From a bacterium (lineage in GTDB: Bacteria; UBA8248; JACPRG01; G963555815), in the NCBI GenBank assembly GCA_965218795.1, contig OZ244653.1:384001-448000 (forward strand): a stretch of DNA of 64,000 nucleotides, in the 5' to 3' direction. The translations under genes and the position numbers were made by a program. Of this stretch, positions 41,032 through 49,979 are shown piece by piece. Under the pieces are notes generated by a model. The model searched no databases and was not told where the DNA came from. It worked only from the letters and a program-made list of their open reading frames with translations. Position 1 is the first letter of the stretch. Each line of letters starts with the position of its first letter.

Positions 41032-41388
41032 TTGCGAGATTTTAGGGTTCAGCGTTTTGCTCATCTGACCTGGGTAGTCGTTTTTTCCATGGCCGTGATG
41101 GGGTCGTTGTTCGGCTTGGCCTCCTGCACGAGGGAGCCCCTCAAGCGAGCGCTGCGCGGCGACTTTCTCGCTTCCGAGAACAACCGAATCATCAGTAACT
41201 ACTGTCGAAGCTGTCACGTTCACAAGGATTTCGCCGCCGCGAACCACATGGGAAACGTGAAGGCCAAATATAAGGTTCGGCAATACAGGGACGCTGAGGA
41301 ATGCCGGGATTGTCACGGGGTCAATTTCAAGTTTTTCCGCCCCCCGCACCGCCGCACGCGCCATCCACCGGACGGCCGGGTGCTCTGA
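41032..41388 (+). CDS. small diheme c-type cytochrome lipoprotein
   Basis: Hydrophobic signal with lipobox LASC; CRSCH and CRDCH; AGGGAG RBS before TTG. Confidence 0.75.
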   Translation: MRDFRVQRFAHLTWVVVFSMAVMGSLFGLASCTREPLKRALRGDFLASENNRIISNYCRSCHVHKDFAAANHMGNVKAKYKVRQYRDAEECRDCHGVNFKFFRPPHRRTRHPPDGRVL

Positions 41389-41526
41389 GACCCCGACGGC
41401 CGGGCCTTCTCCTCTACCATTTTCACGATTCAGGTTCCATATAACTTTTATTGAAGGTGAGCCATTCATCGGCCGTTCAGTGCGCCTTTTCGCATTTCCC
41501 CGAAAAGGAATGGATGATTCGAAATC

Positions 41527-42276
41527 ATGGAGTCGACGCTGGGCCATGAGGCCGTTCTGGTCGTCCTGTTGTTCTCGACGCTGGCCGCGTGCCTCTCGGG
41601 TCTGGGGACCGCGCCTTTTTGTTGTTCGAGTGAGGTGCCGTTGACCTGGATCGGGTGGGCCTATGCCTTGGCGTCCGGATTGATGCTCGGGGCCGGTTAC
41701 ATCCTGATGGCCGCCGCGCTGGGCACCTCCACTCTCCCGGTGGTGTTCGGCGGGGTTCTGGGGGTGGTTTATACGTATTGGACCCACGCGTATTCCGGGA
41801 CCAAAGAGTTGGATACGGGCCCGGGAGAGAATCCAAGTGCGGATTACGCCATCAAATTTATTCTTCTGAATTCGCTCCATTCCGCATCCGAGGGAGTGGC
41901 CATCGGCGTCGCAATGGTGCTCAATTTGAGCTTGGGGATCTTTATGGCGCTTGCCCTCGCCGTGCACAATATTGCCGAGGCGATGGTGCTCACGGATGTC
42001 CTTCGGCGGGGCAGGATGTCGTACGGCGAAATGGCAGGTATGGCCATTGTGACCAACGTTCCCCAGATCTTGCTGGCCATCGTCGCTTTCGCGGTGATCC
42101 CCGCCATACCGGGATCCCTGCCTTGGGCGGTCGGTTTCGCGGCCGGGGCGCTGGTCTATCTGGTGATGACGGAGTTGCTGCCCGCCTCTTACGAGCGGGC
42201 CGGGCATACCAGCATCGCCTTTGTGGTGAGCTTCTCGACGGGCGGGGTGGTCCTTTTAAAGGGATTGTTTGTGTAA
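41527..42276 (+). CDS. ZIP family metal transporter (divergent copy)
   Basis: Multi-TM; HSASEG and HNIAEA motifs; ELLP. Confidence 0.8.
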   Translation: MESTLGHEAVLVVLLFSTLAACLSGLGTAPFCCSSEVPLTWIGWAYALASGLMLGAGYILMAAALGTSTLPVVFGGVLGVVYTYWTHAYSGTKELDTGPGENPSADYAIKFILLNSLHSASEGVAIGVAMVLNLSLGIFMALALAVHNIAEAMVLTDVLRRGRMSYGEMAGMAIVTNVPQILLAIVAFAVIPAIPGSLPWAVGFAAGALVYLVMTELLPASYERAGHTSIAFVVSFSTGGVVLLKGLFV

Positions 42277-42291
42277 GGGAGAAGCCGTCCG

Positions 42292-43023
42292 GTGGGCGAA
42301 GCCGTATTTCACGTTTTCATTTTCGGGCTGATCACTGCCCTGGCGACGGGCCTGGGGGCGATTCCATTCGCCTTCCTCAAGGATGTGTCCGTCCGGACCG
42401 TTGCGCGCGCGGAAGCGATCGCCGCGGGACTGATGCTGGGCGCCAGTTTCGGCCTGATCATCGAGGGGACGAAGCACGGAGCTTGGCAGACGTTGGTCGG
42501 CGCCGCCATTGGCGTGTTGTTTATCCTTGCCGGTCACCGGTATTTGGAGGGCCGGGAGGTATCAATCGGGGACATTCGTGGGGGGAGCGCGAAGCAGATA
42601 CTCCTCATTCTGGGGATCATGACGGTGCATTCTTTCTCCGAGGGCGTGGCGGTGGGGGTTTCCTTCGGCGGCGGTGAGAAGCTGGCGGCGCTTATCACCA
42701 TCGCCATCGCCGTTCATAACATTCCGGAGGGGCTCGCCATCAGCGCCGTTATGCGGCCCAAGGGCGCGAGCATCGCGGCCTGCGCGGGTTGGAGCGTATT
42801 TTCCTCCCTCCCTCAGCCGCTCATGGCCGTTCCTTCATTTCTTTTCGTCGAGTCTTTTCGGCCTTTTCTGCCTTACGGATTGGGTTTCGCGGCGGGCGCG
42901 ATGGTCTTCATGGTCTTTCTGGAGTTGTTGCCCGAGGCCTACGAAAAGTGTGGAAAGGTCCCGGTGGGCCTGCTCGTGAGCCTGACACTCGGGGCGATGA
43001 TCCTCTTTCAGCGGTATCTCTAG
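42292..43023 (+). CDS. ZIP family metal transporter (ZupT/GufA-like)
   Basis: HSFSEG, HNIPEG, FAAGAM...ELLPEA. Confidence 0.88.
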   Translation: MGEAVFHVFIFGLITALATGLGAIPFAFLKDVSVRTVARAEAIAAGLMLGASFGLIIEGTKHGAWQTLVGAAIGVLFILAGHRYLEGREVSIGDIRGGSAKQILLILGIMTVHSFSEGVAVGVSFGGGEKLAALITIAIAVHNIPEGLAISAVMRPKGASIAACAGWSVFSSLPQPLMAVPSFLFVESFRPFLPYGLGFAAGAMVFMVFLELLPEAYEKCGKVPVGLLVSLTLGAMILFQRYL

Positions 43024-44459
43024 CCGGAAGCCGAGGGATCGCCCAGCCACCGGGGCAGCGCGCGTTCACCGATCCCCGCCTTTTCCGAAATTTCCCTTCC
43101 GCGCTTTGTCGCTTCCTGAAGGATCCGCTCCCCGTCGGTGAACCCCGAGATCTGGCCGTCCTGGATGACGATGCGTCCGTTCACCAGGACGGCGTGGACA
43201 TCCGTGCCCTTTGCCGAATAAACCAGACTGGAAATGGGGTTGTGTGCGACGGTGGCATGCGGGGTGCGGAGATCGAAGACGGCGATGTCGGCCAGTTTCC
43301 CGGCTTCCAGCGATCCGATTTCGTCCTCCATTCCAACCGCCTTGGCCGCACGGATCGTTGCCATCTCCAGGCACGTTTCGGGGCCCATCACCGTCGGGTC
43401 GAGGTGCTTGACGTTTTGGAGCATCGAACACGCCTTCATCTGCTCCACCATATCTACGGAGTAATCGACCATGGGTCCGTCCGAGCCGAGCGCCACGTTG
43501 ACCCCCGCCCTGAGCATCGGGACGGTCGGGCCGATGCCTCCCCCCCGCACGGCTTCGCTGGTGGGCGTGTAGACGGAACTGCACCCGGCGTCCGCCATGA
43601 GGCGGATATCCGTTTCGGTGGCGTTGATGCCATGGGCGAGGATGTAGGAGGAATCCAGCAGGCCGAGCTGCATCAACGTCTGGACGTCGGTCCTCCCGGT
43701 TTTTCGCAGCACTCGAAGGTAACTCTTGTCGTGGGAGAGGGTGCCGCCCGAATAGTGAGCGGCGACCTGAAGACCATGCCGGTCGGCGAGACTTTTTCCT
43801 TCCGCCAGCAGCTCCTCGGATGTGACCTGCTGGTCGATGAAGATGGAGTTGCACTCTGTAACCAGCGCCATCCGGATGAGACCGTCGTGCGCCCCATTCC
43901 ATTTGGGGATCAGTCCGTCCACATAGGAGATTTCCTCCCCCAGGTTGCGGGGGTGGTTCGGGTTTCCCGGCAGGCGGCATTGGAGCTCCTTGCCGATGAC
44001 CTGGCGGAAGCCGACCTCATGGGCGGGCCGGGCGATCTTCTCGAGAGTCGCGTCCGTTGATGTCGTTCTCAAGTGATGGAAAGAGCACGTCGTGCCCGTC
44101 CCGAGCATTTCGATCCCCGCCAGGTAGGCGGTGAGTTCCATGTCGTCGTCCGTGAGATGGGGGACAACCGGAAAGACGACGGCGGGAAACCAGTCTTCGA
44201 TGAGCAGACCGTTTGCGAGACCCTTGAAGAGGTGGTAGTAGAAATGCTGGTGTGCATTGATCAGCCCGGGGATCACGATCATGCCCCGCGCGTCGATAAC
44301 CTCGCCCGGCGTTTCTCCCTTGTCCAGGTCGGACGCGGCTCCCACTGCGGAGATCCGGGTCCCCTCGATTGCCACGCAGCCGTTTTCGAATACATCGCGG
44401 GCGGGATTCATTGTGACGACGTAGCCGCCCTCAATCATGATTCGGTCAGATGGCGCCAT
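43020..44459 (-). CDS. amidohydrolase, Atz/Trz/MtaD deaminase-like
   Basis: PGLINAHQH, AHG, ALGSDG, IGSLEAGKLAD. Confidence 0.88.
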   Translation of the reverse strand: MAPSDRIMIEGGYVVTMNPARDVFENGCVAIEGTRISAVGAASDLDKGETPGEVIDARGMIVIPGLINAHQHFYYHLFKGLANGLLIEDWFPAVVFPVVPHLTDDDMELTAYLAGIEMLGTGTTCSFHHLRTTSTDATLEKIARPAHEVGFRQVIGKELQCRLPGNPNHPRNLGEEISYVDGLIPKWNGAHDGLIRMALVTECNSIFIDQQVTSEELLAEGKSLADRHGLQVAAHYSGGTLSHDKSYLRVLRKTGRTDVQTLMQLGLLDSSYILAHGINATETDIRLMADAGCSSVYTPTSEAVRGGGIGPTVPMLRAGVNVALGSDGPMVDYSVDMVEQMKACSMLQNVKHLDPTVMGPETCLEMATIRAAKAVGMEDEIGSLEAGKLADIAVFDLRTPHATVAHNPISSLVYSAKGTDVHAVLVNGRIVIQDGQISGFTDGERILQEATKRGREISEKAGIGERALPRWLGDPSASG

Positions 44460-45270
44460 GCCCGGAAACTCCCCTTCTTGGATCCAGTCTGTCTCTGAGA
44501 CCGTCCCCCAGGAGGTTGAATCCCAGGACGGTGACCATCACGGCGAGCCCCGGGAAGAGCGATATGTGGGGAGCCTCGAACAGCCGGAGGTGACCCTCTT
44601 TCAGAATCGTTCCCCACGAGGGCGTCGGCGCCTGTGTCCCGAGCCCCAGAAAGCTGAGGCCGGCCTCAGCGAGGATCGCCGAGGCGATTCCGAACGTCGC
44701 CTCCACCAGAACGGGAGACAGGACGTTGGGAACCAAATGCCTGAGAATGATTCGCGAAGTCCCACCACCCAGGGATCTGGCGGCCGTGACAAACGGCTCT
44801 TCCTTCAAAGCCAGAACCTGCGCCCGCACCAGCCTCGCGTAACCGACCCAGCCCATGATACACAGGGCCAGGATGACGTTTCGAAGTCCCGGTCCGAGTA
44901 TCGCCATCAGGGCGAAAGCCAGGAGGATTCCGGGAAAGGCCAGAAACACGTCCGTCAGGCGCATCAGGGATTCGTCCGCCCAGCCTCCCCAATACCCCGA
45001 AAGTGCGCCGATGATCACGCCGGCCACCGCTGAGATCCCCACGGTGATCAGACCCACGGTCAGGGAGATTCTCGCGCCGTGCGCCACGCGGCTCAACAGG
45101 TCGCGGCCTTTGCCGTCTCGCCCGAACCACCTGTCCCCGCCCGGTGGGGACAGCCTTTCCTCCAACCGTTGTTCAAAAGGGTTCTGAAGCGGCAGCCAGG
45201 GGGAAAGGACAGCCGTCGTGACCAGGGCGCTCAGAATCAAACCGCCCACCCAGAGATTGAATCTTCGCAT
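44446..45270 (-). CDS. peptide/nickel ABC transporter permease (DppC-like)
   Basis: GRDLLSR, EEPFVTAARSLG, AGLSFLGLG, NLLGDGLRD. Confidence 0.93.
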   Translation of the reverse strand: MRRFNLWVGGLILSALVTTAVLSPWLPLQNPFEQRLEERLSPPGGDRWFGRDGKGRDLLSRVAHGARISLTVGLITVGISAVAGVIIGALSGYWGGWADESLMRLTDVFLAFPGILLAFALMAILGPGLRNVILALCIMGWVGYARLVRAQVLALKEEPFVTAARSLGGGTSRIILRHLVPNVLSPVLVEATFGIASAILAEAGLSFLGLGTQAPTPSWGTILKEGHLRLFEAPHISLFPGLAVMVTVLGFNLLGDGLRDRLDPRRGVSGHGAI

Positions 45271-45280
45271 TCCGAAACCT

Positions 45281-46204
45281 TTATTCCTCGAGCCGGATGC
45301 GCGGGTCGCAGCCCGTGTAAATGAGATCCGTGAGCAGGTTCAGCCCTACGTAGGTCAGGGCGATGGCCAGTACGCATCCCTGCACCAGGGGATAATCCCG
45401 CGAGGCGATGGCCTCGATGGTCAGCCGTCCGATACCCGGCCATGCGAAAATCGATTCGGTGATGACCGAACCGGACAGCACGGCACCGGTTTGAAGGCCG
45501 GCAACAGTGACGATGGGCAAGAGGGCATTTCCCAAGGCGTGGCGGATGAGGACGACCCGCTCCGCAAGGCCCTTGGCCTGAGCCGTGCGTATATACTCCC
45601 TGGGCAGAACCTCCAATACACTGGCACGGGTCATTCGCGTCAGAATGGCCGCCAGGCCCGTCCCCAGCGTCAGGGCGGGCAGGACCAGATGAGACCAACC
45701 CCCCCGGCCGGAAGGCGGAAGCCAGTTGAACTCCAGGGAGAACAGGCTGATGAGCAGGGGGCCCAGCCAGAAGTTCGGAATGGATACGCCCAGGAGTGCG
45801 CCTGCCATGGATCCGTGATCGACCCAGGAACGCGCCCGGGCCGCCGACAGAATTCCAAGCGGCAGGGCGATGAAAACGGCGACGGCCATGGCCGCCGCTC
45901 CCAGCTCCAGCGTTGCCGGCAGGCGTTCGAGGACGAGTGCCGTCACGCCCCTTCGGTGGTGCAGACTGTCCCCGAGCCGGCCGGTCATGAGCCCGCCCAG
46001 GTAGCGGAAGTACTGCTCGGCGATGGGCCTGTCCAGCCCAAGGGTTTTCCGGAGGGATTCGCGGTCCGCCGGGCTCGCTTGCTCGCCCAGCATGATTTCG
46101 ACGGGGTCGCCCGGAATGAGATGGATGATCATGAAGACGGCCGTGGCCACGCCGAGGACCACGGGGATGAGAAGCAGAAGCCGGCGGGCGAGATATTTGC
46201 GCAA
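45281..46204 (-). CDS. peptide/nickel ABC transporter permease (DppB-like)
   Basis: PGDP, YIRTAQAKGL, E.IFAWPGIG, RDYP. Confidence 0.93.
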   Translation of the reverse strand: MRKYLARRLLLLIPVVLGVATAVFMIIHLIPGDPVEIMLGEQASPADRESLRKTLGLDRPIAEQYFRYLGGLMTGRLGDSLHHRRGVTALVLERLPATLELGAAAMAVAVFIALPLGILSAARARSWVDHGSMAGALLGVSIPNFWLGPLLISLFSLEFNWLPPSGRGGWSHLVLPALTLGTGLAAILTRMTRASVLEVLPREYIRTAQAKGLAERVVLIRHALGNALLPIVTVAGLQTGAVLSGSVITESIFAWPGIGRLTIEAIASRDYPLVQGCVLAIALTYVGLNLLTDLIYTGCDPRIRLEE

Positions 46205-46207
46205 GGG

Positions 46208-47815
46208 TCAGCGGCTCCCGTTGGAATGATCGCGGACGAGACGTACGTCTTTCAGCGAGATCATGTCCTCATCCGGGTACAGGACAAACCCCCGTACACG
46301 CTCGTTCATGACGGCGATGTTTGTCGAATGCCAGAAATTCACGTACGGGAGATCGCCGGACAGGATTTCCTGGACCCGTCCGTAAATTGTCCGGCGATCA
46401 TCCAGGCCGAAGGTGGATCGGCCTTGTTCCAGCAGACGATCCAATCCAGGGTTTCGATAGCGCCCCCGGTTGGCGCCACGGGGCGGGACGTTGCTGCTGT
46501 GAAAGATGTAGTAATAGATGTCGGGGTCCGTGATCCCCACCCACGTGAGCGTGTACAATTGAAAGTTTCCCTTTCGGATGTCAGAGAAGAAAGTACCCCA
46601 CTCGAAGGAGCGGATATCGAGCTCGATACCCACCTTCCGGAGTTGGTCCTGAAGGACTTCGGCGATCTCGATGCGCGTCTCATTCTGAGATGTCTTGAAC
46701 GACAGCTTGATCCGCGGCTTTCCGCCCGGACCGTCCGGGTCGGGGTAGCCCGCTTCGTCCAACAGCTTTTTAGCCAGACCGGGACGATGGGCGGGTCGCC
46801 AAAGGTTCTTCCTGAACGCCCAGTGGGATTCCGGCAGCAGGCTGGAGGCCGGGCGGGCGAGGTCTCGCAGGAGAAAATGGATGATTCTCTCCCGGTGTAT
46901 GCCGTGCCCAATCGCCCGGCGAACCTTTCGATGGGAAAGAACCGGATCCTCCAAATTGAAGCCCATATACGTGAAGTTCGTGCCCGTTTGACGGGTGACC
47001 TTCAGCCCCTGACGCCCTTCGAGCCTGGGCAGTGAATCCGGCGGAACGGCGTTGACAACCAGATCGACGGTCCCCTTTTGAAGCTCGAAGATTCGTACAA
47101 TGCCATCCGGGATAATTTTATATCGGATCCCCGACACGCGGGGAGGCCCATCGTGATAGCAGGGGTTGGCCGCCAGAACCACCTCCTGATCGGTCTTGAA
47201 GCGGATGAAACGGAATGGGCCCGTGCCGACCGGATTTCGGCCGAACGCCTTGCCGGCCGCCTCGGCCCGGACGGGAACAATCGGCACAGCCATTTGCCCG
47301 ATAAAGGGAGAGAAGGGCCGCTTGAGATGAAAGACAACTTCGTGAGGAGTCGGCGTATCGATTTGGCGGATGACTTCAAAGCTCCCCCGCTTTGGCGAAT
47401 TGGTCCTGGGATCCAGGATCGATCGAAAGGTGTAGGCGACATCGGCGGAGGTCAGGGGTTCCCCGTCGTGAAAGACGGCATCCTTGCGGAGATGGAAGAT
47501 GTACGTCAATGGGTCCGATTGTTCCCAGCGTGTCGCCAGGCTGGGAATGATCGCTGCCCTTCGGTCTCTTCGAACGAGGCGGTTGAAAACGAGCTGGGTG
47601 ACACGCGCCGAGGCGACGTCAAGCGAGAATCGGGGATCCAGATGAGTGGGGTTGGCCTCGAGGGCTACTGTGATGGTTCCGGGGAATGACTCATGGCGGC
47701 CATCGCAGGAAATCATCCCCCAGGAAAGGGCCAGGAGGAGCCAAAAAATTCCGGCGCGTGCGAATCCCCGCCGCGCCTCTACACATGAACTTTGACGTGC
47801 GATCGACACCCTCAT
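46208..47815 (-). CDS. ABC transporter substrate-binding protein, family 5
   Basis: LDP, FHDGEPLTSADV, PVGTGPF, lipoprotein-like ISC. Confidence 0.92.
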   Translation of the reverse strand: MRVSIARQSSCVEARRGFARAGIFWLLLALSWGMISCDGRHESFPGTITVALEANPTHLDPRFSLDVASARVTQLVFNRLVRRDRRAAIIPSLATRWEQSDPLTYIFHLRKDAVFHDGEPLTSADVAYTFRSILDPRTNSPKRGSFEVIRQIDTPTPHEVVFHLKRPFSPFIGQMAVPIVPVRAEAAGKAFGRNPVGTGPFRFIRFKTDQEVVLAANPCYHDGPPRVSGIRYKIIPDGIVRIFELQKGTVDLVVNAVPPDSLPRLEGRQGLKVTRQTGTNFTYMGFNLEDPVLSHRKVRRAIGHGIHRERIIHFLLRDLARPASSLLPESHWAFRKNLWRPAHRPGLAKKLLDEAGYPDPDGPGGKPRIKLSFKTSQNETRIEIAEVLQDQLRKVGIELDIRSFEWGTFFSDIRKGNFQLYTLTWVGITDPDIYYYIFHSSNVPPRGANRGRYRNPGLDRLLEQGRSTFGLDDRRTIYGRVQEILSGDLPYVNFWHSTNIAVMNERVRGFVLYPDEDMISLKDVRLVRDHSNGSR

Positions 47816-47955
47816 GAATCATTAGTATGGAGACTGGGAAAAACGGAAAGCAAGGTTATAATCGTTCCTCGGGGGCATTTTATTTCGTCGAAGACCCTAT
47901 ACTGCCTATACTAAAGGAAGCCGTCGATGAACCAATCCTGAAGATGGAGTTTGTC

Positions 47956-48513
47956 ATGTCCCTGAACATTTCTCGGAAAAAAATCATATTCGGGGGGATC
48001 CTCGCGGGCCTGATTCTGGCGGCGTGGTTCAGCCTGCCGCCGGCCCAGGGCCAGAACCTGCCCGGGACTGAGAACGCTCCTAAAGTGGGCGGCAAGGCCC
48101 CGATGTTCGATTTGGAAGGATTTGACTTAAAGAAACAATTGGAACGAGGGCCCGTCGTCCTCGTATTTTATCGAGGATTCTTTTGAGGAATCTGCCGCCA
48201 GCAGCTCGTGCAGCTGCAAGCCGATCTCAAGAAAATCAAAGAACTGAAAGGCGGGCTCGCCGCGATCAGTTCGGATCGTTTAGAAACAGCCATCCAGACC
48301 AAGACCGCCCTGAAGCTCTCCTACAACATCCTGCCCGACACCAAACGGCAGGTCATTCAGCTTTACGGCATCCTGCATCCTGACGAAGGGATCGCGCGTC
48401 CGGGCATTTTTGTTATCGACCAGAAGGGTTTTGTCCGCTTCCGCCACATCGGGAAGAACGCAGGCGACCGGCCAACCAATGCCCGGATAATCAATGCTCT
48501 CAAATGGCTCTAA
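47956..48513 (+). CDS. exported peroxiredoxin-like (AhpC/TSA) selenoprotein, Sec at TGA 48184-48186
   Basis: The two split ORFs are in frame: PVVLVFYRGFF-TGA-GICRQQL...AISSD...RPGIFVID; TGA occupies the first Cys of CxxC; signal peptide ending AQG. Confidence 0.88.
48201..48217 (+). promoter_or_regulatory. putative bacterial SECIS hairpin
   Basis: GCAGCT-CGTGC-AGCTGC; loop starts 20 nt after TGA and contains GU. Confidence 0.7.
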
Positions 48514-48626
48514 CCCACTGAGAAGCAGGCCGAAGTTTTTCTGTTTATTTGATTTTGTCTGGTTTGAGGACAGAAACGAACGGTTCTTTTTGGCCGGAAA
48601 AATTTCATGAAAAATGAAAAACGAAA

Positions 48627-48668
48627 TTGACACGCCCGTCTCTTTCTGCGAGAATTTCAATGGAAATT
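48627..48668 (+). promoter_or_regulatory. sigma70 promoter with overlapping palindromic operator
   Basis: TTGACA-N17-GAGAAT with TGn extension; AATTTC-AATG-GAAATT at 48653-48668. Confidence 0.6.
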
Positions 48669-48713
48669 GTGAGTTGACGGCTGCCATTCATCCAGATCCG
48701 GCGGAGCGATTCT

Positions 48714-49403
48714 TTGAACATCGCACATGACAACCTGAGAGAGAAGGTCTACCAGCGGCTCAAAGAGTTGATCGTCAACGAATCCTATCCCCCCGGGTCG
48801 AGGATCAACGTTGAGAGGCTTACGCGGGAATTCGGCGTCAGCCGGACGCCGATTTGGGAAGCCGTCCAGAAACTCACCCAAGAGGGTCTGCTCGAGGACG
48901 TCCCACGGCGGGGCGTATTCGTGCTCGCCCATTCACCCGAGCGGGTCGAAGATATCTATTCGTTATGGGAAGTCCTGGAAGGTCTCGTCTCCCGTTGCGC
49001 CGCGGAACGGCGGGACGGCTCCGCGCTCCTTCGGATCCGCAAGGCCCTCGACCGTCAGGCCGGGTGCCTGGAACAGCATGACCTGGACGGCTGCATCCAG
49101 GCCATCGGCGATTTCCACCAGGGAATCGCCGCGGCATCGAGCCACGGTCAGGCAAGGGTGCTGCTCGAGAGCGTTATCAGCCAGAGCCGTGCCCTGGGTT
49201 TTCGTTCGATCTATTTTCCCGGCCGGCCGGTCAAGGACGTGGAAGAACATGCGGCCATTTACCGGGCCATTGAAGCGGGGGACGGCGACCTCGCCGAGGA
49301 CCTCGCCCGGGAACACATTCGAACGGTGAAAGAGAAGGTGCTGGAAAGCGTGAGGTTGGAATTGGAAGGATCCGGGAAGCGGGAGAGCGTTCCAGCGTCT
49401 TGA
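48714..49403 (+). CDS. GntR family regulator (FCD domain)
   Basis: FGVSRTPIWEA HTH; FH...EH.AI..AI..GD...A...H FCD motifs. Confidence 0.92.
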   Translation: MNIAHDNLREKVYQRLKELIVNESYPPGSRINVERLTREFGVSRTPIWEAVQKLTQEGLLEDVPRRGVFVLAHSPERVEDIYSLWEVLEGLVSRCAAERRDGSALLRIRKALDRQAGCLEQHDLDGCIQAIGDFHQGIAAASSHGQARVLLESVISQSRALGFRSIYFPGRPVKDVEEHAAIYRAIEAGDGDLAEDLAREHIRTVKEKVLESVRLELEGSGKRESVPAS

Positions 49404-49462
49404 CCGCGCGGATTGTCCGGCCATGAGATGACGCGAAGTCGTCATGTTATTTTGGGGAACCG

Positions 49463-49954
49463 ATGGCAATGCAAGCGAACAGGCATGTCGTGGACTTCAC
49501 GCTGAACGGCGAGGCCGTTTCGGTCGAAGTCGACGTTCGAGAGCTCCTGCTTCACACGCTCCGTGAGAACCTGGACCTGACGGGGACGAAGGAGGGTTGT
49601 ACAACGGGGGCGTGCGGCGCGTGCGCCGTCATACTGGATGGCCGGCCTGTCAACTCCTGCCTGGTGTTGACTGCGTCCATCGGAGGTTCCGAGCTGCAGA
49701 CCGTAGAGGGCCTTTCGGAGGGTGAGTTGCTGGATCCCCTGCAGGAGGCCTTCATTAAATTTGGCGCGACGCAATGCGGTTATTGTATCCCCGGCATGCT
49801 GATGACGAGCCGGGCCCTGCTGGATGTCAATCCGAATCCGTCAGAGGATGAGGTTCGGAGCGCGCTCGCCGGAAACATTTGCCGCTGCACCGGATACGTG
49901 AAGATCGTTGAGGCGGTGAAGGACGCTTCAAAGCAGTCCGCCGCCGAGGTTTGA
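49463..49954 (+). CDS. xanthine-dehydrogenase-family small subunit (two [2Fe-2S]; HcrC/CoxS-like)
   Basis: GTKEGCTTGACGAC...NSC; QCGYCIPG; NICRCTGY. Confidence 0.93.
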   Translation: MAMQANRHVVDFTLNGEAVSVEVDVRELLLHTLRENLDLTGTKEGCTTGACGACAVILDGRPVNSCLVLTASIGGSELQTVEGLSEGELLDPLQEAFIKFGATQCGYCIPGMLMTSRALLDVNPNPSEDEVRSALAGNICRCTGYVKIVEAVKDASKQSAAEV

Positions 49955-49979
49955 GGAAGGGATCAAGGGGGAATTCAGA

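Noticed and set aside
45218-47035. 605-aa plus-strand ORF and other long antisense ORFs (e.g. 42789-44060, 52271-53587, 59613-60920)
   Set aside because: Shadow frames opposite well-supported genes in GC-rich DNA; no recognisable motifs.
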